From NCBI GenBank assembly GCA_031835245.2, contig JAVKOQ020000092.1, forward strand, positions 62,001-126,000: a stretch of 64,000 bases of DNA, in the 5' to 3' direction. This stretch comes from Balamuthia mandrillaris (Eukaryota). Under the pieces are notes generated by a model that had not been told where the DNA came from, did no database searches, and saw only the letters and a program-made list of their open reading frames with translations. How positions within the stretch are numbered: position 1 is the stretch's first letter; each line of letters starts with the position of its first letter. This document shows positions 1-11,156 of this stretch, one piece after another. A program made the position numbers and the translations under genes.

Positions 1-2481
1 GAAGAAGAAGGAGAAGAATCACAAGAAGAAGAAGAAGCTACCTAGCATAGCCAGAGTTCATGATGCATCCAGGATTACGAGGGCCACATTTGCCAGCTCG
101 CACCCAAACGTCAGCCTCGAAGGAGAAAGGATGAGTGAAAAAGTGGGCCATCTCCTCTTTTGTCTGAGCGGCATTAGGAGGCTCTGAGTCTCCCATATCC
201 ACAAAGGCCCATCCACAATTCGAGAAGTGAATAGGACCAGCTAAATAATATTCTTGTGCATCGTATAATGACATCTTCCGGAAACGTCTCACATCTATGC
301 ATTTTACAAAAGGATTAGTTATATAACAGCAAAAGGAAATGAAAGGGAAAAAGCAACACATACCAGCACGACCAAGAGCATGAGCCAGATCGTACAACAG
401 GTTTCCAGCAAAGTTCATGGCTTCTTCCTGGTTGCGCTCGCCCAACGTTTGCAGTACTGTCTTGAAAAAGTCCACAGAGAGAGCTTCCGCCCTCAAGGCC
501 AAGTAACGCTCTTTCTCTTCTCCAACACGAATCATTCCTTTGTTGTTTTTTGAGTTAAGTTTGAGGTCACTTCCAGGCGACAAACACAACAAAACGAAAG
601 AAGGCATACCTGTATTAATATTACATGAGAGTTTAGAAAAGTAGGCTTCCACTTTCTGTTCCGTGCTTCGCACGAGCGGAGCCATCTTCTCTGGAGCGCT
701 GATCATCCGACAGGTGTTGAGGTTGGCGCTGTCATCGCTTCCATTCAATGACTTGGTGATCTCCAAGACGGTCAGTTTCAGCCGCTCCAATGCTCCTCGT
801 TGAGCGTCCATGTTGATGGATTGCTGTGAACAAGAGTTGGAAGACTCGGAGCCGTTTTTCTTCTGCTGCATCGTAGTTTTTTGGTGTGAGAAAAGAGATG
901 AAAGAGAATGAAGGGAAAAACTATGAACCAGTCGTGAAATGAAGGCTGCTGTTCTTTCGACGGCAACCTTGAACCATTCCTCTTCGGGGTCGTCCTGCTC
1001 TTCGGCGACTTTGTTTGGTGCGTTGGCCACCTCGCTGGCCACGTTTTGCACAAGTTTGCTGGCTTGAAGCAAGATCTTGCTGTGTTGTTCAGAAACGGCT
1101 TGTTGTTTTTGGGAAATGAACGTTCATAACGAGCATTATGAAGAAATGGAATGGAGAGGACATGAGACATGAGCAAGCAGAAGAGAAGAGATAGGAAATG
1201 TACCTATTGAAGTACAAGAAGGTAGAGTACAAGGGTTGATGATGACCGGGAGAATGAAACGAAGGAAGAAGAGGTTGGAGATGACCCGCAAAAAATGTGT
1301 CTGAACGTCGCTCTTGAACAACGGCTTCACCTTTTCATAAACATAGGCAGTGGTAGTTCTTATTTCTCTGTTTATGTGTAACATAAGAGAATGTTTCAAC
1401 CACGAACTAGGGCCAGAGAAGCGAAGAGAAGAGAAGAAAGCAAAGAACGCAAAACATACGTCGGCCATTTATCAACCGAACCACACAACGCTTCCAACAA
1501 ACTGACAGTGAGTTTAACGACGTGTTTGTTGCCGGTGGAAGGCTTCCGCTGTTCCAAAAACGGTTTCAACACCGGTTGCAGCACTTGGTCCAGGTAGGCC
1601 ATGCCTTTGGACTGAAGGTAATGCGTTGTGATGCTCGTTGGCATGTTGTCTTCTCTAAAACACATCCTGTTATCTCTTCCTATAACGGTGAAAAGCGTGT
1701 TAGTCAAATAATAATAAGATTAAACGAAAAAGAAGAGACCTTTTGCTTCTGTTTCGATGGCCCACCGAAGCAGAACGGAGGCCCGGCCGCTTCCTTCGAA
1801 AAGGCTTACAATGTGGGGGGCCATCGCTCCGCTCCTTGCGCCTCTCAGCCTCTCCTCCAGCTCCTCCACCCATTCCGTCTTTGGCTCTTGTAACCACTTT
1901 TTTTTATAAAAAATTAAAAATTAAAACAGAGAAGAGAAAAAGCCAAGAGAGACACAGCGAGAGAGAAGAAGCTCGTACTTTGTCTTCATCTTTGAAGAGC
2001 TCGTCTATCCAGGCATCTTCGGAGCTGTTTTCTTCGCCTTGCGAAATGGATTCGATAATTGTCACGAAATTAGTCAAACTATCTTGAAAATTGCCTAAAA
2101 ATAGAAAAAATTTTCGATAATTCACCAGTTTGAAACACAAGGAAAACTTACTTTCTGTTTTTTCCACTTCCTCCTCCAACAGAGCTTTCACTCCTTCGTC
2201 CAGGTTGACTCGCTTCCAGCGGTCCTCGTTGCCCACCAAAGTTTTCAAAGCGGTGATCGTGCGGGACGCTAACCCGATGTCCCGCTTCCATTGTCGGAGA
2301 TAGTGGTCCACTTCCTTTGGGGCAGTGATGCCAAGCGCAGTCGCCACACGGACCAACAACGCGTTTACTTTGTCGCTTTCTTCTGCATGGTTTTGTGGTT
2401 CGATTACGGAGATTGTTGTTAGTGTTACCACAAACAAAAAAAAATAAAAGAAATGAACACAGCCCAACCTGAGGCTGACAT
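1..2481 (-). CDS. RasGAP + V4R-domain protein, copy A (multi-exon; 3' end runs off the window start)
   Basis: Start exon ATGTCAGCCTCAG|GT at 2481 splices to EESDKVNALL. RasGAP motifs are CFREDN (arginine-finger position) and NLFFLRFILPVIINP. V4R-type motifs are ERYLALRAEALSVDFF, GPIHFSNCGWAFVD, HPFSFEADVW and GCIMNSGY. It is collinear with the paralog at 3257-8209. Confidence 0.8.
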
Positions 2482-3256
2482 TACTGCAACGCTCTGCGCG
2501 GTCAGCTACGAAAAAAATAAGTAAATAAATAAATAAAAGCGAAATACGATAGAGTCAGTCAAGGTTTATGACGTTTGTTTGCTGTTTGTTTGAAAAGTAA
2601 AACAAGAAAAAAAAAAAGAGAATGAAAGGTGTTTACGCGTTACTCCTGGATGGAGGGAGGCGGGTGTCCCTTAGCGACCAATGGGAAATTTATTCTGGTT
2701 TGGGAACAGCAAAACCAAAAACCGGATGATTCCAGCTATACGCCCACACTGAAGCCACATATTTGGGCCACCCCGGCAAATTCAACCCCTCAGCACGTAG
2801 CAATGATGCGGCCCTGCTGCCGGGTTTCCTTTAACGGAGAAAACAACACACCAATTTTCCCTAATTTAAATAATTTTAAATTAATTAAACACCTTATTAG
2901 GATAGGATGATGGTTCATCCATTACGTATGGCTCTACATACTCTCCCCCCGAAGAGAAGGAAAGCAAGAAGGGATCTCCGGTGTTCTTTCTCAACACGAG
3001 CTTTGCAACAGATTAAAAATAAAAAATAAGAAAAACAAAAACCAAAAACAAACAAACTTCACGAACTCCTTTATATTCTTTGAAAAAAAAACCGGATATT
3101 TTCTTCCTTCTTTTCATCTGAGGGAAACCAAAACAATACAAAACAAAAAAAAAACAAAACTGCATCGCTGTTCATTTACACTTGAATGAAAGGGAAACTC
3201 TTCTCTCTCTCTTTCTTGCTTACTTGCTTTCCCTCCCTTCTTTTGGCGTACCGCTG

Positions 3257-6200
3257 TCATTCCCAAGTGCTAGCAAAGAGGTGGTCCAACCAAGCAGCTT
3301 CTCCATGCGAGATAGCGGCTTGCCCTCCATCTTCTTCGCTGCTGGTTGTTGAGCCACTTCTTCCTCTGATGTTATCGGTGGAGGAGGAAGAAGAAGGGAG
3401 AGTTGTTGGCAGGTCTTTCTCCTTGTTTGCGTCCTCTTTGGGAATGCTACAGCGAGTGCGCAAGACATCCAACATGGCCAAAGAGTTTGTGGTCAATGGA
3501 GGTCCTTGACGTTGATGCTGTTGGAGATAGTCTTCGACTTGATCACAAACAGTTGGGCTGAAAGCAGAGAATCATTAAAAGTCAGAATAAGGGTGAAAAA
3601 GGAAGGGGAGAATAAGCAAGCAAATAGAGAAGAGCGGAACGTACTTTTGTTCAAGGACCATGAAGCTGCAGGTCTTTTGTCCCAAGGCAACGCAACTCAC
3701 CTCCACTGCGCACAAGGGGGTCCTCTTAGCCTCGCTGATCGCCTTTCGCAGCACGCTCCTCCGCTTCTTGTCTACTGTCTCATCCTCAGAGCTGCTGTTG
3801 CTGCTTTCAGCAATTCCATTCTCCAACTCTTCTTTTTGTTGCTTGATATGCTTGACACGAAGACCTTGAAGCCAGCCACAAACGTAGCCGCTCGTCATGA
3901 AACAAGTCGTTTTGTGACGAGAAGAAGAAAGATGCTCAGCTGATTGTCGTTCCTTTTTCTTTTTCTTTGTCGTTATCTTTTCTTGTTGCTTCTTCGTGTT
4001 AGGATGGCTGTCTGATGCCTCTTCGCTGTGGTGTTTGCTATCCTCTTCTTCTTGCCATTTGGACTTCCACGAATTGGCTTCAAATCCGTTTTCCACTTCC
4101 ACAATTGCATAAAACTTGCTCAACTTTTGTTTTGGTGTCTTGCTGCTGCCCGTTGAAGTGGATGAAGAGGAAGATGAAGAGAAAGACGGCAAAATCAAAG
4201 AGGAGACGGTAAACTTGCCGAATCCCATTTGGGCGCAGTGTAACTTGAAAGCAGTCAATTGAATGTCGGCGTTAATTGGATTCGTTTGGAAGAATGGAGA
4301 TAATTCGCTTATCAGCCTGATATAGTCTACATAATGAAAGGAAGAGGAATCAGAACAGATGGTAAAGATATAATTTTTGAAAAAAGCAAAGAAGGAGAAG
4401 AATGGAAACCAAGAGCAAAGCAAACATACCAGAGCGTCCAACAGACTTGCCAAGGTCGAACAAAAAATTGGCGGCAAAGAGAGATGCAACAGTGCCGTCT
4501 CCCAACAACTCTTGGATGAGGTCAAAGAACTGACAGGAAAGAGCCTGAGCACGAATGAAGACGCATCGTTGATCCGTGTTGGCGATGGTCACCTGTCCGT
4601 ATTGCGGTTGTCTCTTGAAGCTTCCGTTGAATCTTTCCTTCAAAAAGTTTGTTAAGTCCTTATTGTTTTTCTCTATTGCTTCACCTTCTTTCCTTGCCTG
4701 GCGCTTCTTGTTTTGTTTCATCTTTTTGTTATTGTTTTTGGCCTTCTTCTTGTTCTTTTCGGCTTCGTTCGTGGGGAACTGTTCCTTCAAATCCTCTTTA
4801 GAAGTGGTGGATGATAACGAAGGCCTGTTGGAGAGGATCTTCTTCATTCCTTTCAAGAACCAGTTTCCTCCGTGTTTCCTTTTCGGAGGACTTCCGTTCG
4901 CCTCTTCGGAGGAGGAAGCGGATGAAAGGGTGTTGGAACGTGGTTTTGTTGCAACGTGAGGAGACAACGAAGGCGACCCTGCAGCTATCTGTCGCTTTTC
5001 GCTTCCTCCTTTTTTGTCGTCGTTGTTTGGACCAGAGCAGTTGCTTCTTCCATCACTGTCGCTTCTGCTTCTATCACTATTATGGTTCGGGAGTTGCTGT
5101 TGTTTCGGTGTCTCGTTGCCGGTAGAGGATGCCAACAAACGGCTTTCCATGAAGCTTGGAATCTTGATGCTGCTCAGCTGCTTCTCTGACCATTGGTCCT
5201 TCTTCTGCCTTCGCTCTGCGATGAAGGCGTTGATCCTGCGCTGGACGGTGCTGTTGTGGGCCATTACAAAGTGGCAGCGATCGTCCCCCCTCGCCTTGCA
5301 AAGCATCTCTACCGAGACGAGGTCCACCCCCACCACTTCGGATACCCATCCACTGTTCCAGTTAAAACCAAAAATGAGTTAAGAAAGAGAGGGCAAAGGA
5401 GAAAATAACAGAGCCTAGATCTTCATCTTGAAGAGAAGATTGGATAAGGAACAGAGGAGAGTGCCAAACCTGGAATATCCAGCGTTCATGATACATCCAG
5501 GGTTGCGAGGGTGGCAGCGACCAGCTCTTGCCCAAACGTCAGCCTCAAAGGAGAACGGGTGATTGTAATAGAGCACCATCTCTTCCTTGGACTGTGCAGC
5601 GCTCGGCAAGTTATCGGTCAGATCCACAAAGGCCCAACCGCAGTGAGCAAAGTGGATAGGACCCGCTATATAACATTCTTGAGCGTCATAGACCGACATC
5701 TTTCGGAACCTCCTCACGTCTATATCACAGAAAAAATGATAACATTGTTTAGTAAAAGCAAAGGGAGAAAGGGCCATAAGTTAGAGGAATGAGGTACCGG
5801 CACGACCAAGAGCATGAGCAAGGTCAAACAACAAATTGCCCGCAAAGTTCACCGCTTCTTCTATGTTGCGTGAGCCCAACGTTTGGACCACAGTCGAGAA
5901 AAAGTCTATTGAAAGAGCTTCAGCACGCAACGCCAAATATCTTTCCTTCTCTTCTCCAACTCGAATCATCCCTTTTGTTGAATTGTTTTAGTTATCAGTA
6001 CAGAAGAGAAGCAAAGACCAAGAAGACAAAAGATTAAGAATACCAGTTTGAGCATCACATGCAAGCTTTGAAAAGTAGGCCTCTACCTTCTCTTCAGTGC
6101 TTCTCACGAGAGGGGCCAGGAACTCTGGCGCTCTCACATGACGGCAGGTGGTGGCGTTGGCTTTGTCCTCATTGCCTGGAATGTTCCTGGTTGCCTCCAA

Positions 6201-6875
6201 CACGGTCAGCTTTAACCGTTGGAGAGCACCCCGTTGAGCATCGGCGTTAATGGGAGAAGCAGTGAACGCAGGTTGACGAGCAGCTGTCCTAAACTCGGTG
6301 CTAAGCCTCTTCTTTTCCACCTCAACCTGTTTTTCATGATGTAAGCAATGCTAAATGAGTCATGGGAAATGAAATGGGAAAAGAGAATAGAAGAAGTGAA
6401 AGGAATACAGGAATAAGGGCTGTTATGAAGCCCGAGGTTCGTTCCACCGCCGCTTTGAACCACTCTTCTTCGGGATCATGTTGCTCATCGTTGCTGTGGT
6501 CTGCTGCGTTGGCTACCTCGCTGGCTATGTTTTGAATCATTTTGCTTGCCCTCAGCAGGACTTTGCTGTGTTCCTCCGATATCTCTGCTCACAGCCACTT
6601 ATAAGAAATGATGAAGCGAAGAATACGAGAATAGAAGAGAAGCGAAGAAGAGAGAAACATAGAAGAGATGAAACGCATACCAATGTTAGCACAGGATGGT
6701 AGGGTGGCAGGATTGATAACGGCGGGAAGAATAAAGCGAAAGAAAAAGAGGTTGCAGATTACTCTGGAAAAGTGAGCCTTTGCGTCAAGCAAGAACAGTG
6801 GTCTCAGTTTCTCGGAGACAACCGCAGTCACCATTTTTATGTCCCTTGAACAGAAAGGAGAGCAAAGCGATGGTT

Positions 6876-6916
<41 letters not shown>

Positions 6917-7767
6917 AAACGCTGTCGTATGAGAAACAGAGAACAGTGATGAGAAGAGAACAGGGAAATGAGGAAGAAAGAGAGGGTGAGAGTGTACAAA
7001 GGCCAGCTTTCAGAGGAGTTGCACAAAGCCTCCAACAAGTTGATGGTGAGTTTCACGATATGCTTATTTCCCGTGGAAGGTTTTCTTTGTTCCAAAAAGG
7101 GTTTCAATACCGGTTGGAGCACTTCATCCAAAAACGTCAACCCTTTAGTTTGAAGATAGTATGCCATGGTGCTGGTTGCCATGTTGTCCTCCCTGAAACA
7201 CATTCTGTTATCTCTTCCTGTTATGGTTTCAGTTTGTTAACCTCCTCCACAATGAATAGATAAGCAGAAGAGGGATAAAGAGACAGAAACAGAGAAGAGA
7301 AGCAGACAAGAGGACGAGAGAAGATAGAAGCGAAGTAACTCGGAAGCCACAAAGATACCTTTCCGTCTTGTTTCTGCTTCAATAGCCCACTGAAGAAGAA
7401 CAAAGAGGCGCCCGCTTCCCTCGAAGAGACGGACGATGTGCGGAACAACAGTTCCGTTTCTGTACCCACGCAGCCTTTGCTCTATCTCCTCCACCCATTC
7501 TATTTTTGGTTCTTGTAGCCACTTTGGTTTGCTTGTTAATAAGTGAAGAAGGAAGCAGAACAACAAAAGGAACAAGAATAAAAAACAACGAGAAGAAGCA
7601 GAACGAAGAAGAACAAGAAGAACAACAAGCAGAAGCAGGACAAGAACGAGAACAAGCACAAGTAGAAGTAATGGCAGAAGAACAACAAGAACAAACCGTT
7701 TCTTCGTCACTGAAAAGTGTCTCAATCCAAGGTGCCTCCTTGTTTTGCTCTGCACCATTTTTCCAAA

Positions 7768-7805
<38 letters not shown>

Positions 7806-8209
7806 AAAAAAAGATGCATAAGAAAAATAACAAAATAGAAAAAAAAGAGAGAAAGCCATTTTTTACTCTCCAAGGCATAGAGGCCCCGACGCGTTAGTTC
7901 CTCTTCCAACAACGCTTTCACCCCTTCGTCCAAGTTGATCCGTTTCCAGCGTTCCTCGTTGGAAACCAAGGTATTCAGGGCGGGAAGCGTGCGAGAGGCC
8001 AAACCGATGTCCTTCCTCCACTGCTGTACATAGCGCTCTACCTCCGCCGCTTCCGTTATGCCGAGCGCAGCCGCAACCGCCACAAACAGTTGCTTTACGT
8101 TTTCACTTTCTTCTGTGCATTTTTTATTTGTTGAAAGAAGAGACCGTCAGTCCAAAAGGCAAGAAAAAGAACAAATAGAGCGGAGGTAAGGCCGCGTACC
8201 GGTGGACAT
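3257..8209 (-). CDS. RasGAP + two V4R-domain protein, copy B (multi-exon, complete)
   Basis: ATGTCCACCG|GT at 8209 splices to EESENVKQLF. RasGAP motifs are CFREDN and NLFFFRFILPAVINP. V4R 1 reads HPFSFEADVW..GCIMNAGYS..GWVSEVVGVDLVSVEMLCKARGDDRCHFVMA. V4R 2 is degenerate: NGFEANSW..TCFMTSGYVCGWL..AVEVSCVALGQKTCSFMV. The last exon splices in frame to ...STWE* at 3257. Confidence 0.85.
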
Positions 8210-9182
8210 GGTTGTTGGCCAGTGCGTTAAATAAATGTTTTTTTTGTTGGATTTTTTCTTTATTTATTCGGTGACGCCACCAGGTAAGAGCCAAGCCACA
8301 AGCGACTTGAGGCCTCCGATGGTAGTGTCGGAAGTGGATAAAAGAGAGAAGATTTTTTTCGTTCTTTTACCCGCTTCGGTTCGTTACGAAGCGGCGATAA
8401 GCGGTAACCAACCAAAGCCTTGTTTTTGTTACTTGCCTCAAGGGTTTTCCGCCCTTTCGACCAACCCGAGTGGGCGATGATAAGCATCCAATTTGGTGAT
8501 CAGATCCTTTTTTGGATGACTTGTCCGTGAATTTTCCGGAAGTTGTTATCCAAAATGGAAGAAGCTTCAGTGCTGGTGACGCCTGCGGCTCGAATCCTAA
8601 CGACTGCGTTTTTGCTTGTTGTTAAAGGTTTATTTTTTTTGTTCTCTTATTTTTTTTGTATTTTGTATTTTTTTTTTCTGTGTGTTTGTGTTTCTCGTTG
8701 GGGCTACGTGACGAGGCAAAGGATGTGCTGAAACCACCAGAACGAAAGCGGAACTCGCAGTAATAGTTGAACTCTTCTCCCGATGAATAAACCTTGAACA
8801 CACTCATCCGTTGCAGCCGGAAGCAAGAAAAAACAACTGCAAGAAAGAAATGGAAGTTGTGCCGTTTCCTACCAGTGCAACTTTCTGTAGATAAAAGAGG
8901 TACATTATTACCCTGGGTCGTTTTTCTTATCGGCCGACGATCAGCCAGGGAGATAGTACTGCTGCAGGTGCAACCTAGCCCGGATAACTAAAACTTCCCT
9001 GAAATAAGAAATGGAGGAGAAAGGTACAAGAAACAAAGAGACCAATCAGGGTTACTCCATAACGTGCTAAATGAATTGCCTGTTTATTGCGGTGGTCGCC
9101 GATTAAAGGCCCCGAATTGGATCCCTTTCCGTTCATTTCTATCTTTTTTTTCTCTCACAACTGCACTTCATCCACCGTAACA

Positions 9183-10348
9183 ATGAACAACCGCAGCGTA
9201 TGGCTGGGCGTGGCTGTTGCCCTTTGCTTGTTCGCCTCCGCCTCTGCCCAATTTTGTGACATCGATACCTACACCAGATGCCTTAGCATCTACCAAAATA
9301 TTGACCCCATGGACTTTACCAACGTTAACGCGGTGTACGTCCTCTCTGCTCTCTCTTTTCCCGTCAATCTATTATTCTTACCTCTCTTTTCTTCCTTCGT
9401 TACAGCTGCAACTTTTACCTGGACTTTATTGGCTGCTTCTTCAACAACAACTGCTTTGGCGGAACTGGTGAGGTCGTCATCGCCAGCGCCGCTGCCACTC
9501 TCTCCAGCATCGGCTGCTCCGTGCCCGACTGGGTGAGCGACGTCTGCGCCCGCCGCAGCTACGGCTTCACCTCCGACACCTGTGGTGCCTTTGGAGACCC
9601 TCACATCCAGACCTTCTACGACGCCATGACCTGCAAGTCTCTCGGCAGGCACCCCCTCCTCCTCAACCAATGGCTGGAGGTCTACTGGACCAACGAGGAG
9701 ATCGACGCCACCACCGGCGCCACCGGCACCACCACCATCGAGGTCATCACCAAGAACTGTACCGACGAGACCTTCACTTTCTCCAACGACGCCCCTTTCC
9801 CTTCCTCCACTTCGGTTCTCTCCGACAAGGCCCACGCCGCTTTGCTGACCTCCTTTGGCGATCAGGCCGACTTGTACCTGCCCGGTCTTAGCACTCACGT
9901 GCAGGTGAGAAGGATCGGAGGCTATTTGGTCTTTGGCATTCGTACCCCTCTGGCAGCGGAGAGCTCCGGCGCTTGCGTCTCTGGATGCCCATTCGAGGAC
10001 CGTATTGACGTGACCAGCTTCGCCAAGAGAGAGTTGAGGATGGCCAGGCAAGAAGCTGAGGTAAGCAACCCCCCGTTTCTTCTTTTCTCTTTTTCTCTCT
10101 AACTTTGTACACCACAAAAGGCTGCATGCGAAGACATCGAAGACTCTTTCTTCCGCCAAGCCTGCGTGTTTGACGTGGCAGTGACCGGCAACACCAGCTT
10201 CGTGGAGGCCGCCAGCACCGGTGCCGCCGTCTACACATCCCTACAGAGCGAAACCGAGGAGGAGTTCTTCACTGCTGCTGCTGAGGCCGGAGGCGGAGGC
10301 GACGGCGGTGCTGCCGACACCCTTGCCCCTTTCCGTTTCATGTTCTAA
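9183..10348 (+). CDS. Secreted RGM/hemojuvelin-like (VWD-type) protein with GDPH autocleavage motif (3 exons)
   Basis: Signal peptide MNNRSVWLGVAVALCLFASASA. CGAFGDPHIQTFYDAMTCKSLGRHPLLLNQWLEVYWTN, CVSGCP and ACVFDVAVTGNTSF resemble RGM C-terminal motifs. Introns at ~9334-9405 and ~10061-10120. Confidence 0.75.
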
Positions 10349-10819
10349 AATAAACATGTAACAACAAGTTTAACCGAAAAATCAATTGTTGTTGACGAGA
10401 ATCGAACCCACGTCTTTAAATATTGTCGACATGACAGACATGCAAAGTATGTTAAACATCTTTGGAACGCGAAATAAGGTTGTTAGGGGATACCCATTTT
10501 AAGGTGGATACAAACGCAGATGGCCACCTTAAAAAGAGCACGACAGACGGAACATTTATTTTTTTTTTAACCCTAACTACTTGTTGTTGTTTGTCTGTTT
10601 CGTCCGTTTCGCTGCAACCCACCACCACCACCGCCACCGCGTTGACACAACCGACAAAACGGTGCTCGCAGAACGCTGCTGCCACTCCTCCCCATTGCAA
10701 CCTTCGTCCTTAGGAGTACGACGTCTCGTTCTTTTATCTTTGCGGCTGCTTTTCGTTTTTTTTGTTTTGGTTTGTGAAAAGTTTGACAAACAAAAACTTT
10801 GTCCTCTTTTTCTTTCTCC

Positions 10820-11090
10820 TCTGCTGCTTGTTCTTGTTCTTCTTCTCCTTGTTCTTGTTCTTCTTCTTCTTCTTCTTGTTCTTCTTCTTGTGCTTCTTGT
10901 TCTTGTTCTTGTTCTTGTTCTTGTTCTTGTTCTTGTTCTTGTTCTTGTTCTTGTTCTTGTTCTTGTTCTTGTTCTTGTTCTTGTTCTTGTTCTTGTTCTT
11001 GTTCTTGTTCTTGTTCTTGTTCTTCTTCTTCTTCTTGTTCTTCTTCTTGTTCTTGTTCTTGTTCTTGTTCTTGTTCTTCTTCTGCTTCTT
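10820..11090 (+). repeat. (TTCTTG)n/(TTC)n microsatellite, probably in a 5'-UTR intron
   Basis: Visible directly; it lies upstream of a CAG acceptor near 11133 and the ATG at 11157. Confidence 0.9.
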
Positions 11091-11156
11091 GTTTCTCTTC
11101 TTTCTTGCCTTTGTTATTCATTCAACATTCCAGCAGAAAAACAAACATAAAGAACC

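Noticed and set aside
10390..10420. B-box/T-arm-like sequence (minus strand GTGGGTTCGATTCTC)
   Set aside because: No D-arm, anticodon arm or acceptor stem can be built. At most it is a tRNA-derived remnant.
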